From positions 119,536,001 to 119,600,000 of the forward strand of contig OX597817.1 of the NCBI GenBank assembly GCA_951406725.2: a stretch of 64,000 nucleotides of DNA, written 5' to 3'. Within the stretch, counting starts at the first letter, position 1. Each line of letters begins with the position of its first letter. A model generated the notes under the pieces. It searched no databases. It was not told the DNA's origin and saw nothing but the letters and a program-made list of their open reading frames with translations. Made by a program: the position numbers and the translations under genes. This document shows positions 14,201-29,601 of this stretch, in pieces. The DNA comes from Octopus vulgaris. Its lineage: Eukaryota.

Positions 14201-16587
14201 AACTATATTGAATATCCATACTTCATTATCAGAGCAGACATTAACCAGCTTTCTAAAGCAGTACCTACAAGACTATTTCATTCTCCCAGTATTTTCTCAC
14301 ACAAGTGACCCTGTCCAAAACATTACCACACTCTACTACTTTTGTCATGTTAACACAGCTTTAAAAACTTCTTTCAAATTACTTTACCACATACATTTGT
14401 ATATAATTTTTACCATAACGATTTGTCACTTGAAACATGCTCATGCAACAGCCAAATATGAACATTATACCAAGAGCTGAAAAAATGTTATGTGCACATT
14501 GGTATATATGTTTGGTAATGTTTCAAATGCTTTAAATATAAACTCTCTAAAAGATTTGCATGAGAGTTCTCATTCTGGTTATTACAGACACACCAACTTG
14601 GCAAGTGTATCTATTGGTCTTTTAAGTAACTGTTATGTTCAGTAATTTTCACAGACATTCAATCTGGGCCCTTTATTTAGTATTTGAAGGTAGAATATTG
14701 TTGTATTAGTTATTCTCAAATTTGCAATTCTCCTTGCTCATTCCATTTGAACTACAGTATTTACAGATTAACTGAGCCAAAGAGAGAACTTAAGACCACC
14801 AAGTACACTACAAAACTTAACAATCAACTCAATCAACACTTATATTCACTATGTCATTGTCAACTCAAATTGGAAATTAATGAATTTTTATTTCCCATAG
14901 TTTATATAAACATTACCCAATATCTATCTTCTGACTGATTACAATGAAAAGTAGATTTAAACATATTTCATTAGCCTCTCATACAAACGATCAACATTAT
15001 CAATGATACTATATCAAAGCTGTCTAACATATGATTTCTACTTAATTTCATTTTCTGTCACAGACTTCATGGAGTTAAAAATGGCAAACTAGAGACAATG
15101 TTTAAAAACATTCTCTATTTCTAATACCTAATACTTCAGTAGGTAATATAACATCATTTATGTAAAACATACTCATTAATATTATCTCATGATACAAGGA
15201 ACTATATTTAAAATATTCCAGCCTATATCTAATTAATAAATACTAACTATGGGTAGTTGTTAATAATAAATGTGTAACACTATGATCAATAATGAGATTA
15301 ATATCTCAATTTAAATTTATAGGTTGGTATTAATTATTTTATATTCCTTTGATTAGAACTAATGTTTTTATTAGATCAATTTTGGAAAGACACAGTGCAC
15401 ATTCTTCCCTTTCATCCTATCAGAGTGAATATATAACACATCAAAGCAAACATTTCTTTCATTCTTAAGGCACTAGTTCTTATTCAGCCCTTCAATAGCA
15501 TTATTGTATTTTAGTATAGAACATTATCTAAGATATTCAAAATATTGATTGCTTCCCCTCATTCACTTTTGAGGTTGAACTTTACAATAATATCTTCTTA
15601 AAGCTTTAGATTCACCATTGAACTATGCTAGTAATACTATGCAGTTACATTCACTAATGGTTGTTGCTCATTAATTTCAGACTCTTTATTCTGAAGATCT
15701 CTTCTGAGAATGCTTTAATGTTACCAGTTATGGCAAGTAAATACTTTCAAACCACTACAAATTTCAACAAGGCAATTTTAAGAATAGAAATAAAGAAACA
15801 TTTAAAGCACAGATAATCTATTATATTTTAGAATTAAGATAAAACTTTTCTTTTCTTTGGAACCTCTTTTCCACTTAAAAGAAAAGAAAAAAAAGCATAT
15901 CATATCCTTATATTAAATTTCAAGGCCTCTAAGATAGGAATCTTACTGATTTCAGCACTCCTTGCTTTGGAATAGAACATAATATACATCACATTCAAAG
16001 AGTCTCATAAAATGAATATCAGAATTAATTTTGTTTTCTTTTGATCAGATATAAGATCCATTTTGTTGGGAGAGAAATCATAATCATAACCATTCCATAT
16101 TAATCATGGAAAGATTAATGGAATTCCCTCCTGGCAAGAGTTGAATTCAAAAATGTTATGAAAGAAGCTAACCTTATTTGATATCCTGCCATCTGCACTA
16201 TGATATAAGAAGCTGAATTTATTACACCAGATGTCAATATGAAAAACATCAATGCCGTACAAGTTGCTACCAATACATTGAGAACACTATTTCTTGAATG
16301 ATTATAGTATTTTACTTAATCCACATAACATAGTATTCACTGAAGCTTTCAAATCAAGTTCTTACTTGTGTTTTTGGTGTCATTGCTTACTTGAATTAGA
16401 GACAGTCAAATGAAACATTTGTTTAAAGGAACATTTCTGTATTTTCAATATCAACCTTTCATTTTCACATTAAGCTCTAGTGAAGAGGCTTTTTTGTTTC
16501 TTTTTTTTCTCTCATAACAGCTGTCCCAGTCAAATATTCTCAACACTCATTTCCATGAAACATTGCTGTGTGAACATAAACGACAGG

Positions 16588-16612
16588 AATAATAATAATA
16601 ATAATAATAATG

Positions 16613-16672
<60 letters not shown>
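16588..16672. repeat. (AAT)n microsatellite
   Basis: Directly visible. It gives the poly-N pseudo-ORF. Confidence 0.95.
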
Positions 16673-16675
<3 letters not shown>

Positions 16676-17829
16676 TGAATTACAAATAGATTCAGATTTA
16701 TACTAGTAGAATCTTTTATCTAAATAAAAATATTTTGTTAGATAGATGTGGTTCTAACAAAGTAAATGATAGAGGATTGTGAGGGTAGTGATGATAGCAA
16801 TAATAAAGACAATGGTGGTATTATGAGAGCATTGTTACTATTATTTGTGGTGATGCGTCCAAGTTAACCATTATTACTGGAATTAATATCATTACTAATC
16901 ATCCTTATTAAAACAAGATTAATCCATTGTCTTCTTATTTTCGTAACTTGATATAGAAAGAACATTTTATAGAAAAAGAAAGAGCATGTGAGTCTGTCTG
17001 AAGAGAGAAACATTTTAACTGAATAATTACGAATGTTTATTTTTATTTGGATCAAAGAATACCAGGCTTAATGCCATATGCTTCCCTAGAGTGTATCAGT
17101 TATTCTCAAAGATGTTACTGGATGCACAATTTGCATGAAGGGAAACATGTTTCGAAAGCAAGGTATTGTGTGTGATAAATGAAAGTTACTGAATAAAACC
17201 AATGATGAGCAAGCAAGCAATGATTAAAAGGAAAACGTGGAGAGGGAGCTCTTTCACAAATCAATAACTGCTTTGGAATTTCTATTTCAATTAAAATAAC
17301 TAAAATTGAATAAGAATTTGAAATTCCGAAAGCAATTAAGCGAAATTAATCACGAGAGAAGCATTCTCTTTGAAATTCACACACTCAGTGAGTAAATCTA
17401 GATTTTTGTTTAGAAAGATATTATACTGGTTTGGGTTGAAAATATACAAAAAAAAAAAGAAAAATATCTATTTTTTTAAGAAAAAAGAATAGATTTAAGT
17501 TTTATTTGTAATTCTATTTTTTACCTTTATTTCATTAACTAAGCTTTCATATTTTAAAGACAATTTTTGGTGTTTATTTCAGAACAAAATTGAAGATTAA
17601 AATTCCAATAGATTGTCTTGCTAAGTGAAATTCGGTGAAGAGGGAATGCATATGTAGAGATTGATGTTGGAACTTTTCCAGTTATCAAAATAATTCCAGA
17701 AATCAAATATAATTGTCTTAATTTCAATATATTTTTTATTGTAAAATATTTCTTTAAATTTTGTTTAAATACTTGAGAAATTCAGAAAATTAAAAAATAT
17801 CTAACAGGTATTAATCTTTTATTGCTTTA

Positions 17830-18300
17830 TTGACAGCAGGAAAAAATGTGCAGGAATGGAGTTGCACTGAGTTAATGCCTTGGGTAGAAGGACTGAATAT
17901 ATTGTTGAATGTAAACCTGAGAGACATAAAAGAGACCGGTGAATTAGGCGCCTGGGTAATGGTGGCCATGTGGGACTGGTCAACTGCAGAGGCCACTCTA
18001 GTAATGTAGGAAAGGCAGAGAGCTGAGATACTTAGAGTTTGGAGTATGTCAGTGAGTGACTTCATGCCAATTAACTGAATAACCTTTTAGGATACTTACA
18101 TGTGTAGCAGTAGCAGCACTGTCCCAAATATGGGACCAATATTTCATAGTGAGTTTCACCTCAGCATAACAGAGGCTCAGAAGTTGTTGAGGAATTACTT
18201 TGGGAATTTGAAGAGGAAGGCCAGACTTTGCGATTTTGTTTCCTTTTTATATATTGAAAATTTTGTTAAATGTGTTCACAAGGTGAGATACTTCATGGTG
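17830..18300 (-). mobile_element. Decayed LINE RT C-terminal fragment (CR1/Jockey-group, Crack/Daphne-like)
   Basis: Frameshifted minus-strand translation SLAFLFK...PQQLLSLCYAEVKLTMKYWSHIWDSAA...VIQLIGMKSLTDILQTL...HSCTFFP matches the LY.AQVRP.MEYCSHIW ... SFFP pattern. Confidence 0.7.
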
Positions 18301-21300
18301 GCCAAGTCTAGTATGTCTAATGACCTTGAATGTTCTAGGAATATTTTGATCATATTTAGAGAGGATGCAGTGTGATGACTGTTGCTATATATATATATAT
18401 ATATATAGTGACCATCACCATTCCAATGCCCACTACTATACTGATGATACCTCAGTACAAAACACTTTCTGTTCAATGGATCAGAGCAGATTTAATATAA
18501 TGAATCTAGGACATACGTGGATGATGCTTGAATGAAACAATTATGGAAGAATGAAGCATGGTATTATCTGCATAGTATTGGATATTAAAGGAGATGACAC
18601 AGAGGAACACCTGAGTTGTTAGTGCAATCTAAGAAGAAACAACAGGTTCAAGAGACAAGGGAATAATGGAGCCAATGTATGTAAAGTTTTGCCAAGAGAT
18701 TTTTATCTGATGCATCCAATTTATTAATACATTTATGTATATATCACACACATACATACAGAGTTTCCATTCACCAAATTTCACTTGTGACACTTTACAT
18801 AAACAAGGCTTTAATAGATTTTTTGAAATATTGTAGGTTCAGACCAAACCCATGTAGTTCTTAGCAAACCTATTAATAACATAACCCTGATTCTACACAT
18901 TAATGATGGTCTTTAATAAATATTATCTATTTCTTTGGTAAAAGAAATGCTTCTCAAAAAATACCTATTTCAATAAATATTGATATTAGGTAAGAATAAG
19001 TTTCACAAACAATATTCTAGTTTATTAATCTACCTTGTTGAAAAATTTTGCTGCATAATTTGTTAATCATTTATGCACCATGTTCAATCTCATCAAGTAA
19101 TATCACTAAATTTTAGCATTCAACATCTAATGTTAATAACTGATTTTAGGTGAAAACAAAGGGAATGAGTGAATGAACAATAATTAATTGATATCAAAAA
19201 CCTTAAATTTTGTTTTGTTTTAATCATATGTGCCTAATATTCACAAACAAAATTTGGAGAGAACCCTGGATGAATTTAAAATTGATACAAGATTATCCAA
19301 CCACAGAACCACACAAAATTCATACACATCCATATATATTTTTATATGCCTTCATAGTACACGTGCGGAAAGATAAAACGTTTTTCAAATTGGTTGAGTA
19401 ATATGGTTATAAAATAGTTAGAAACATTTCTAACTAATTTAATAGTGAGACACTATCTAATGGCATGTTTAAATAATTTGGCAAATACAGTGTACTATAT
19501 CACAGTTACAAATCAGGGTATTAGACTTCAAGAAATGAGCTACTAAAATTGTTTCCCTATAAGTGACACATAATGTTAGGTAATATACTCAATTTACAAA
19601 GGTGCCAATCTAGTGATTGCATAGTTGATTCATAATAAGATGTTATCTTCTCTTAAGAAAAGAGCAGCTGAATGAGGTATACTTGATAATCATCTGAAAC
19701 ATGTTGATGGATTCGAATATGTGATAGCGATTGAGAATGAACGAGCAGAGTATTAGCAGTTGAATGTGCAATGTTTACACACAAACAAAAGCTAAATATC
19801 AGTTGGTAATGTGGCTGAACCTGAATAGTACTGATCAATGCCTATTGGTGTGAACTTTTAAGTATACATGGACATGATGTGATATTTGAAAAACATCCAT
19901 GAGTTGATAGATTTCTAAAGGAAGATTTGGGCAAATTGTTAGGTTTCACAGATAAGTTGACCAAGAATAAAGGTGCAGGGAGAAATAAACTGTTCACTGC
20001 ATCAAAGTAAAACACATACTGAAAAAATTATAGATAGCAAGAGGATATTAATGGCTATTATGAGTGTACTGATGGTAACTATGATGAGGATATATAGCAG
20101 TAATATTTGATTAAGCCAAGCTTTTAACATAGCCTTTCAAACAAAATGTGCCACAATTATGAGTAAATTTGCATTAATCTGTCTTAGGAAATATAATCAT
20201 CAAATGAGCTAATTATAAAACTCATCATCAACTCATTATATTATCAATGTGAAACTTGGTAGTAATAAAGGCAAAATTCTCACATTAAATATATGAATGA
20301 TTAAATGAACTTTAGATGAACATTAGATACTGCCTTTCTACTAGATGCCAAGTATTGCAAGGATTTTTTTTTATAAAATATGTGTGCATATTTCTTGCCA
20401 AAAATATGTAAATAAATAATTCAATATGGAATAGAAATTCAAACTCCATAGTCCAATGTCAATTAATTTGTTTATATAACATCTTATTTTAAGTTTATTT
20501 ATTTCGTGCCACTTTTAAATAACTGTCTTTTGATTTTCTATTTTCTTTTCAGTTCTTTTTATATGGCCATTGTCTTCACCTTAATTGCTGCCTTGCACCC
20601 ATCCATAGTGACTATGAATGGCTGATCTTAGTTTAAACATGTGCCATTAATTAAGCCATGAAATATTGTCTTCAATTTAGGGAAAAATAAGATAGGAGGG
20701 AAAGGAGATAGACGTGTATGGAATTCAAAGAATGGGTGGTTTGATTGGAAAACTAACATAAATGTGCAAGTCAAACATTGGTTACCATAAAGAAATTAAT
20801 GAACAAGTATAAACTTGACCCATGTTTGACACCCATATAATTTAATCACTTCTGTGTTTAGCAGTATGAATAAGCACGATTAAATGTGATCAATTAAAAA
20901 AAAAAGAACAGTTTACAAAAACCATCAAATTCAAAACAGATTTGTTGACATGGCTGCTTCATTCGACTAACTTTGTGAAGAACTATATGATTTTTATGAA
21001 ATCCTTCAAAAAAATTCTTTTCTTTGTTTCCAAACTTTAATTCATAAGAATTACTTTACAAAGGACCACTTGCTCAAGAAAAATTTTTTTGTCATCCAAA
21101 ATAAATGCCAACAAAGCTAAATTCCATCTAACCATTTTACTGGTTTTCAAAATATTACCTTAGTAACAAATAAGTATTGACAAATCCTGCATTATGCAAT
21201 TTAGAAAACGTTAATTTTTATAAAAGTAATTTCATAAACTGATTAAGAATATCAAAAGAAATCACTCCAACTCTAAGTAATTTATTAGAAGCCTTTCAGG

Positions 21301-22939
21301 TTGTGATGGGCCAATAGCATCATTCAGGCCTTAACAATGAGTAGGTAACTGGTTAAATTATTAGTTATTTAATTCTTCTTGAATGATGAAGTGAAATAGT
21401 GTTGACTAAATTGCTGTATTTCTCTCTAAACCAGAAATAGATCAAGAGTTTAGGTTAACCAAGCATTTATCTAAGATTCTCTTCTGCCTCATTAGCTACA
21501 CATGTAAGTATAAAAGAATTTTCATGCATGTGTTACTGGATACTACTATTTCCCAATTTAATGTTTGAATGGATTTTATTACACCAAAATGTGTTTGTAT
21601 GGGCAATTATAACAAATATTTTACAAAACAAACTAATACGTATAACATTGCTTTATATTTTACACGCACATGCAGGCACTAAGGTGTATGTAAATTACTT
21701 TATCAAACATGTCTTCAGCTTCTATCCATAAAAGTAGTTACAATGATCACTTGAAAAAATAGTTGTACTTATACCTCCAATATGACATGAAGGCTATCGT
21801 TTTATGAATCTATCTTTTCAAATTAGCATTATATATTGCTGTATCAGAAGTCTTATTCATTTCAATAAATTAAATGCCAACTCATAAACATGGGAAAAAT
21901 CGATAAACTTCAAACTTGATGAAATGCTTTTATCAATATTTGAGTTATAAATCTGAGAATATTTCACTAGAAGTGCAAGATATATCAAGAAATAGAGAAA
22001 TATTGAGAGTATAAACACAATATAAAAAATATAAAATCCAGACCTCTTTTCAAAGTCATATGAAATTATGAAATCCTGTACATATAAGATTTATAGTATC
22101 AACTAACATTCAAATTACTTTCAAGCTGAATAAAATATTTAAAAAAATAAAATATAGTTTATTTCTTTTTAAAGCAAAGTGATGATTTAACGGATATTTA
22201 AATATTCTTTGCATTATTATTATATTTGTGACAAAATGAGAATTTTTATTCCACGGGACAGTGTAAATCTTTTGAGTCACACATATATCAATAATATTTT
22301 ATTTCCATAAAAAGGTATAAAACATTATTCCCTTATATGGAGGATATTATTAAACAGAAAATCTCTTAAACACTTTAAAGTGAAAAAAAAGTGTAGGATG
22401 AAAAGGAAGAAAACATTGCAGCTATCTAAAAAAAAAATTTTAATTTTATCCTTACATGATACAATAAAATTATGAAGTTACTTTATAATGCACCAATATA
22501 TTATTTAAGTATTTAGTTAATCCTATAAACCATATGTGTATAGCATATAAATGCCTTTCCTTAGCAGTCTTTACAGAATAGCAATGGCAATACATAGTTA
22601 TACTCATCTCAGGCTAGCACAAAAACTTGGACAATGACATTTGATATATGACTATAGGAATGAATAAATGTTTATAAAGGAATTTGAGTAAATACTGTCA
22701 GTGTGTTAATACATAATGTGAATATATTGACATTCACTTTAATGTATGTAAATATCAATTAGCTATGTTAGTAGGTTTCTTGGTAGATACACTGCTATGT
22801 TGAAATGTACAGATTTATATTTCCATGGAAAGTAGGTATGTAATATACATAAATGTGAGATTATTGTACAGAGCAACCATTTTTGTTTTAAACAAATGAC
22901 ATCTGAGAACAAGTTCATTATATACTAAATGTAATATGA

Positions 22940-23250
22940 AGGTGCATGGCTCAATGGTTAGAACGTCAGGTTCACAATCATGAGGTAGTGAGTTCAATTC
23001 TTGAATCAGGTTGTGTGTTGTGTTCTTGAGCATAACATTTTATTTCATGTTGCTCCTGTTCACTCAGCTGAAGAAATAAGTTACAATGTCACTGGTGCCA
23101 AGCTGTATCCGCCATTGCCTTTCCCTTAGATAATATCGGTAGAGGCTGGTATTCATTGGCAATTGCTGGTCTTTTATAAAACAACCTTGCCTGGACTTGG
23201 AGGGCAACTTTTTAGGTGCAATTCATGACCAAAGAGGTTCTTTACTCTTT
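22940..23250 (+). mobile_element. tRNA-derived SINE (distinct family)
   Basis: Box A tggctcaatgg, box B agttcaattc, conserved core ttgtgttcttgagcataacattt...cactcagctg. Confidence 0.75.
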
Positions 23251-23590
23251 AATATGGAGAATCACAATGGCATAACCTGAAGTAGCATTTAAAGTTAGGT
23301 AGTTGAAATTTTGAGTTGCTAAAAGATTTTTATACATACACATATAAATAAATGCATGCTCTTGCACATATGTACACACACACACCTGTAAAAGGAGACG
23401 AGAGATTGTTATGCTGGTCTTCCATGAAACAACCTTGCCCAGACTTGCGCCTCAAGGGAAACTTTCTAAGTGCAATCCCACAGTCATTCATGACTGAAAG
23501 GGGTCTTTACCCCTTAATATGGAGAATTACAATGGCATAACCTGAAGTAGCATTTAAAGTTAGGTTAATTGAAATTTAGAGTTGCTGAAA
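23165..23590 (+). repeat. Diverged tandem duplication of a SINE tail plus about 75 bp of flank
   Basis: ttaatatggagaat(c/t)acaatggcataacctgaagtagcatttaaagttaggt occurs at about 23249 and 23514, each preceded by gctggtctt...aaacaaccttgcc. Confidence 0.85.
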
Positions 23591-23699
23591 GTTTGTAACT
23601 ACATGGCAGTAAGGCGTTCACAGGATTGTGTGTTTTTTAAAGACTTAGATATCCCCTTTTATGTTTACAACTGATCATTATATGCTAACTTCACCAGTT

Positions 23700-24066
23700 A
23701 CTCTTTTACTTGTTTCAGTCATTTGAGTGTAGCCATGCTGGAGCACTGCCTTTCGTCAAGAAGATCAACCCCAGGACTTATTCTTTGTAAGCCTAGTACT
23801 TATTTTATTGGTCTCTTTTGCCAAACCGCTAAGTTACGGGGATGGAAACACACCAGCATCAATTGTCAAGCGATGTTGGGAGACAAACAGACACACAAAC
23901 ATACACACACATATATATATACATGTATACAACGGGCTTCTTTCAGTTTCCGTCTACCAAATCCACTCACAAGGCTTCGGTTGGCCCAAGGTGCCACACA
24001 GTGGGACTGGACCCAGAACTATGTGGTTGATAAACAAGCTACTTACCACACAGCCACTCCTGTGCC
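23700..24066 (-). mobile_element. Full-length tRNA-derived SINE (family A)
   Basis: Reverse complement of the 10900-11270 element, with a small internal deletion. Confidence 0.9.
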
Positions 24067-26339
24067 TATTAAAGTTATTAAAGATATTTTCAAAATGTGC
24101 TTTGCATACACAGATTTTCAATTAATTTTTACATTAATCAAATTTGATCTTGCAAATTTGTGGCATTAACAAATAAATGAATGGTTAGGTACATTTTTTT
24201 TATTTCACTATGTTATTTGCCTCAATGAAGTGGTTATGATTATGAATTTAGATATTCATATTTGTCTTGGCATAGATATTCTGACAATAGGCTGTGTTTT
24301 CAAGAACTAGCAGCATATGACTTGTAATTATTCTCCAGCTAATCGGGTTGTAGGAAGTAAGTAACATTGTTTGCTTAAGGTCAAAAATATAATGTCTGAG
24401 ATGGCTTTTTAATGCAAAATGTATGAAGAATAGCTACAGGCATATTAACAACTCTGCAAGACTATATTTATTACAATAGTAGCCTACAATAACCAACTAC
24501 TAAATCATTAACTCTTTCATTTTATAATCTTCTGTTCTACCTGATAAGATTATTGAAATTCTCATAATGTTACAGGAGCAGAAATGAGAAAATATTTTTT
24601 CGCTCATGCATATTAAATAGCGATATATTTATAGAATTATATAAGCATAAATAACAAAAACCAACAATTATTTATTGAACATACAGATTTTTAAAATTAG
24701 CTATTGGGTTATATAGCTGGTAAGGAGAACAGCATCTAGAAACTTGTATTTAATGAAGTACTATTTTCAGTGGTATTTACTTGTAGCAGTAAAAACATTT
24801 AGTCTGGACATGTGATAAATACCAGTGTGTGTGTGTGTGTGTGTGTGCGTGTGTGTTTCTCACTCTTTCTCACTTATTTGTTTACTATACTTTCTTCACA
24901 CACAGACACCAATTCATATACATACATTTAAGAAATATTTTTAGTTTCTTCTTTTTTTTGTAAGTCCCAAAAATATTGAGAATTTATGTAACTTTTAAAA
25001 TTTTCTGTTGCTTGATATCTAAACAAAATATTGATTTAGATTTTAATTGCTTCTAGAATTAATATTTATTTCATTCTAAAGTAGAAGAGAGACATAAACA
25101 GAAAAACTACATATTTCTTGTTAGTAAAATTGCTTTTGGTATACACTAGTAGCAAGTGATTGTAAATGTAGAAACCAAACCAATTTCCATCTGTAAATAT
25201 TTAATAATAATGATAATAATTTTTCACTAATGATTTACCACCTGTTTTTGCATCCTCTAAGTCTTACATTACCTGCTTCATTGAATCCTTCTTTCCCAGA
25301 CTTTGACCCTGTGGAATTCCATCCCTACATATGTTTTTACCTGTAGCCAATAAAGCATCATTTGTACTTCATTTATGGTATTGAATTTATTGCACGAAAA
25401 ATGACATCATCTATAAACTCAATTTTTTTATTTAACATGCCCATTTTTACTCTTCTTATAGACTGGGTCTACTTCACTTCAAAAGTTCCTGTATTAAACC
25501 AGTACTAACAAACACCAGCAATGGCATGTGTGTTTGTTATTTCTGCATTCATTTATGAGTATTTGTTCTTTAGTAACATTTCAGAGAAACTGAGGGATAG
25601 ATTTCACATCTAACAGTTTCATATCTCCCTTGTAGAAAATATTTATCACTCAACTATTTCCCTAACATCTTTAATCTGTCCATAAAACTAAATGCATTTC
25701 TACAAGTATTTTAGGTTTTTTAAATCATATAAAATAGGAAGCAACTTATGAAAGTATTTAAGTGGAAGAAGGAATATATTTTTCATATTGTTTTTACTGT
25801 CAACTCTCACTAGTTCAAAATATGTTAACTGATTTCCAAAGTGAACACATGTACATATTTTAGTGTTACATATTTTTGTGCAAATGTATATGTATTCATG
25901 TATATTAATCATTGTGACAACAGTAAGCAATTTGTAAGAGAGAGAGAAAGAGAGTGTGTGTGCATATGTGCGCGCATGTGTGTGTACATACATAAACATG
26001 CAAATAAATAATACCTATACACACGTGTTTAAACATGCATAAAACCAACATTATTTATAACTCTGAAATGTGTCACTTCAAGAACTGAAGGAGAAGAGGG
26101 AAAACTGAATTCATCATTTCAAAAACCTAACACAAACAAATAATCCGCATCAAATAAGTCATTCCTTATTTAGAGAGAATATTTTCCTATCTACTTTAGA
26201 GTAATTACTTTGAAACAGAATGGTAATCAGATAAATGGCATGGTCGAAAATGCTAATCTCAATAAACACTAAGATATTACTGATTCTAAATAAATAAGAT
26301 AAATTTTTTTTATACGTGTCTGCATGGCAAAAGTCCCTT

Positions 26340-26378
<39 letters not shown>

Positions 26379-27875
26379 ATATGTGCAAGAGCATGCATAT
26401 ATATATGGAAGTGTGTGTTTGTTATTTGCTCATGTATTTATTCTTAGAAATATTTTAAAGAAATTTAAAGACAGATGGTAACAAAATGCTGATGTTCACA
26501 TACATAGTACAAACACACAAATCCAATTTTAACCAATTTCTTAAAACACATATCTAATACAACATTAAGATACCCATAATTCTTTATCTGATTAATATTA
26601 GTAATTCTGCTACACATACAAAAATATACATCTAAATCAATCTAAGAGGTTACACTTGTGCACTTGAGCTAAATGTTGATCTTTTCAATGGAGTAAAGTA
26701 ATAGCATTCATATCTGAAATATTTATTCCAGACTACCTTGCAAACAGAATAGGTGCTAGTCTCCTTGCCAGAGACAACATTATTATATTGTTGCTAAGCA
26801 GTTTCAAGTACTTGCATTCATATATATGAATTCATCTAAAATGTATGTGCTTCGTAAGTGGGGTTAAATGTAGAAATAGCAAAATGTTTGTTGAAACAAT
26901 ATCTGAAATTTTGTCATCCATTCAGAGTGAGAATACACAGAATTTTTTGTTACAGAATACAAAACCTAATTTATTTCTTAGTCAATGACTAAGATAATTA
27001 TGGGTATTAATGAGAATTATAGCCAATTATAACAGCTGTAAATTCTGCAATTATTTCTGAGATTTTCTCATCTGCACTTTCAAAAGAAACTGTGAGCTTT
27101 AATGTATCACTCTCCATTAGGCTATTATAAATTTTACAATATGATTATTTTTGTTACATTTTGGTCTCCCCTATCCTGATCTTGCACTCACGTGAATCTG
27201 TCAATGATGCAATTAGATGCATTATGTGGTGACAAGTGCAGAAGTTGTTTACGAGGACCTTCCCCACGAATCTAGCTGTTCAAAGACCAGACTTGTGATC
27301 TCAGAAGAAAATACATACGGGCAAACTAACCGAGTGGAAATGATGACAGATGCTGCAGAGCTTACATAACAAACTCCTCTAGATACATAAAATACAGTAA
27401 GTTTTATGTAGTTAGTACTATTGTCCAATTACTCACACACACATACATACATTCCCTAGAAAACATATGAATATAGCACATTCTCTTGAAAGACATTTCA
27501 ATAGCTACAAGAATACAGAAGATACAGTTTCTATGAAAGTCTTACATAATAATGTTTCAAACTTATATATCAAATTTGCTAGATATCTGCAATCAATTAC
27601 CATAAGCATGTCACCTGTCCTCCGTTTATTGCATCATTAGGCTCTGCTATACTGGGATTCTCAAGACATGACAATGGTATTGGAGGTGTTACAGAGTTAC
27701 AGTTTACTTTTAATTTCAGTATGTCCAGTTCAAACTAAGTAGTTTTTGAAACCATAATTTGGAAAATGGATTTTTTCTAATTTTACATTGTTATGTAACT
27801 TTCATAATATTTACATATTTATACAGAAATAACATTACTCCAAGTAAACCACAACATATATGAATAATTGCATAG

Positions 27876-27923
<48 letters not shown>

Positions 27924-27924
27924 G

Positions 27925-28095
27925 TATTGATTTTGTATTTGGCTTGCAAGATTTTTTATGTGAATTTGTATGTTGAATCATATTTTATTGTGTCTGGGGA
28001 GAGTCATTCAGTTTTTATGCCTTATTAATTAACACACTCAGCAGTTCAATTTCCACTCATTTACTTATTTATTTTTCCTAAAATTTTTTCATTGC
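27925..28095. mobile_element. Fragment of a palindromic non-autonomous DNA element (also at 37300-37752 and partly at about 44370-44480)
   Basis: Shares tttgcaa...ttatgtgaatt...taacacactca.cagttcaatttccactcatttactt with 37300-37447. Confidence 0.6.
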
Positions 28096-28967
28096 TTTGT
28101 CTGTTATCAGAGGTGTGTTCTTATTGTCTATTTGGTTGTGCACATCTGTGTGCGTCAGAGTGCATGTGTATACACATATGTATATGTATGCTATAGTTAT
28201 TAGCCAAAACTGTGAAACTATGACAAATTGGCTACACCCTGGCAAACTTTATAAACAGATAATTTTACCCACCAGTTTTTCGTGACAATTTTTCTTTGTG
28301 ACAAAGTTGTTCAATTGGATTCTGGAAGCTATGATTGCCTGTTTAGTTTATGCACTTTGTACTTTGTTAGGGATTTATGGGTTTATTTTATGCACCAGGA
28401 ATTTGCCAAAACTTTTGTCAAATTTTAAAATAATTTCTGTGTTACACTGAATTGATAGAAGACGGACTTTATGATATTCCAAGGTTTGAAATCCAAGTCG
28501 AACACCGAATTTGTGAAGACAGATTGTATGAAGTCAAGGTTCGAAATCTACTGTCGAAATGCAAGGTTTGAAAACCGAATTTGTACTAAAATGGAAATCT
28601 GGATTTTATGAAATCCAAAATTTTTGGAATGCCTATTTTTTGAAAAAAAAACCAAGTTTGTGTGAGGCCAATTTTGGTGAAACCAAAAACCAGGATACAA
28701 AGTCCAAATTTCTGAACCGTGTATATATGTTACCCTTATAACTTTTGACTGCCCATCTGGTGTAGTATTTGCTGTTTGTTTGTGAATATATTTGTATGTT
28801 TTTATGCTGACTATTAATATTATTTTACAAAAATTCATGGTGTGGTGTTGTTTTGAATTCACCCTATCCTCATTGGTTCCATTAATCACCCTATCCTTGT
28901 TGATTATGACCATATCCAAATTCAGGTTATGGCCACCAGGTCGTAACAGAGTTTATGTGTGTGTGCT

Positions 28968-29022
<55 letters not shown>

Positions 29023-29211
29023 TTCTTTATACTAATAACAACTGTGTATCTGTATCAAATAACACAATACATACTTAAAAGTTATTTACATGTATGACAA
29101 AATCTGTAATGAGTGATGCCACATGGTGATGATGACACATGGTGCAATCAAAGTAAAGCAGTCAGTAAAATGGTGTTTGTGGGGTGGCATTGGACTAATT
29201 TGTATTATAAA

Positions 29212-29512
29212 GTATGTATGTATGTACACACATATGCACACATATACATATATACACACAAGTATATTTATACACTCACACATACATCACATCTGTATGT
29301 ATGCATGTATCTATCTATCTCTCTCTCTCTATATATATATACACACACACACATGCACACATATACATACATATAAACACACAAGTATATTTATACACTC
29401 ACACATACATCACATGTGTATGTATGTATGTATGTATGTATGTATGTACACACATATGCACACATATACATATATACACACAAGTATATTTATACACTCA
29501 CACATACATCAC

Positions 29513-29543
<31 letters not shown>

Positions 29544-29555
29544 TGTATGTATGTA

Positions 29556-29601
<46 letters not shown>

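Noticed and set aside
22940-23010. tRNA-like sequences (also 10900-10970 and 40565-40636)
   Set aside because: They are SINE heads that continue into SINE bodies and lack a complete cloverleaf; not tRNA genes.
25260-25350. SFFPR...LWNSIP-like LINE 3' remnant
   Set aside because: Too short and frameshifted to call with confidence.
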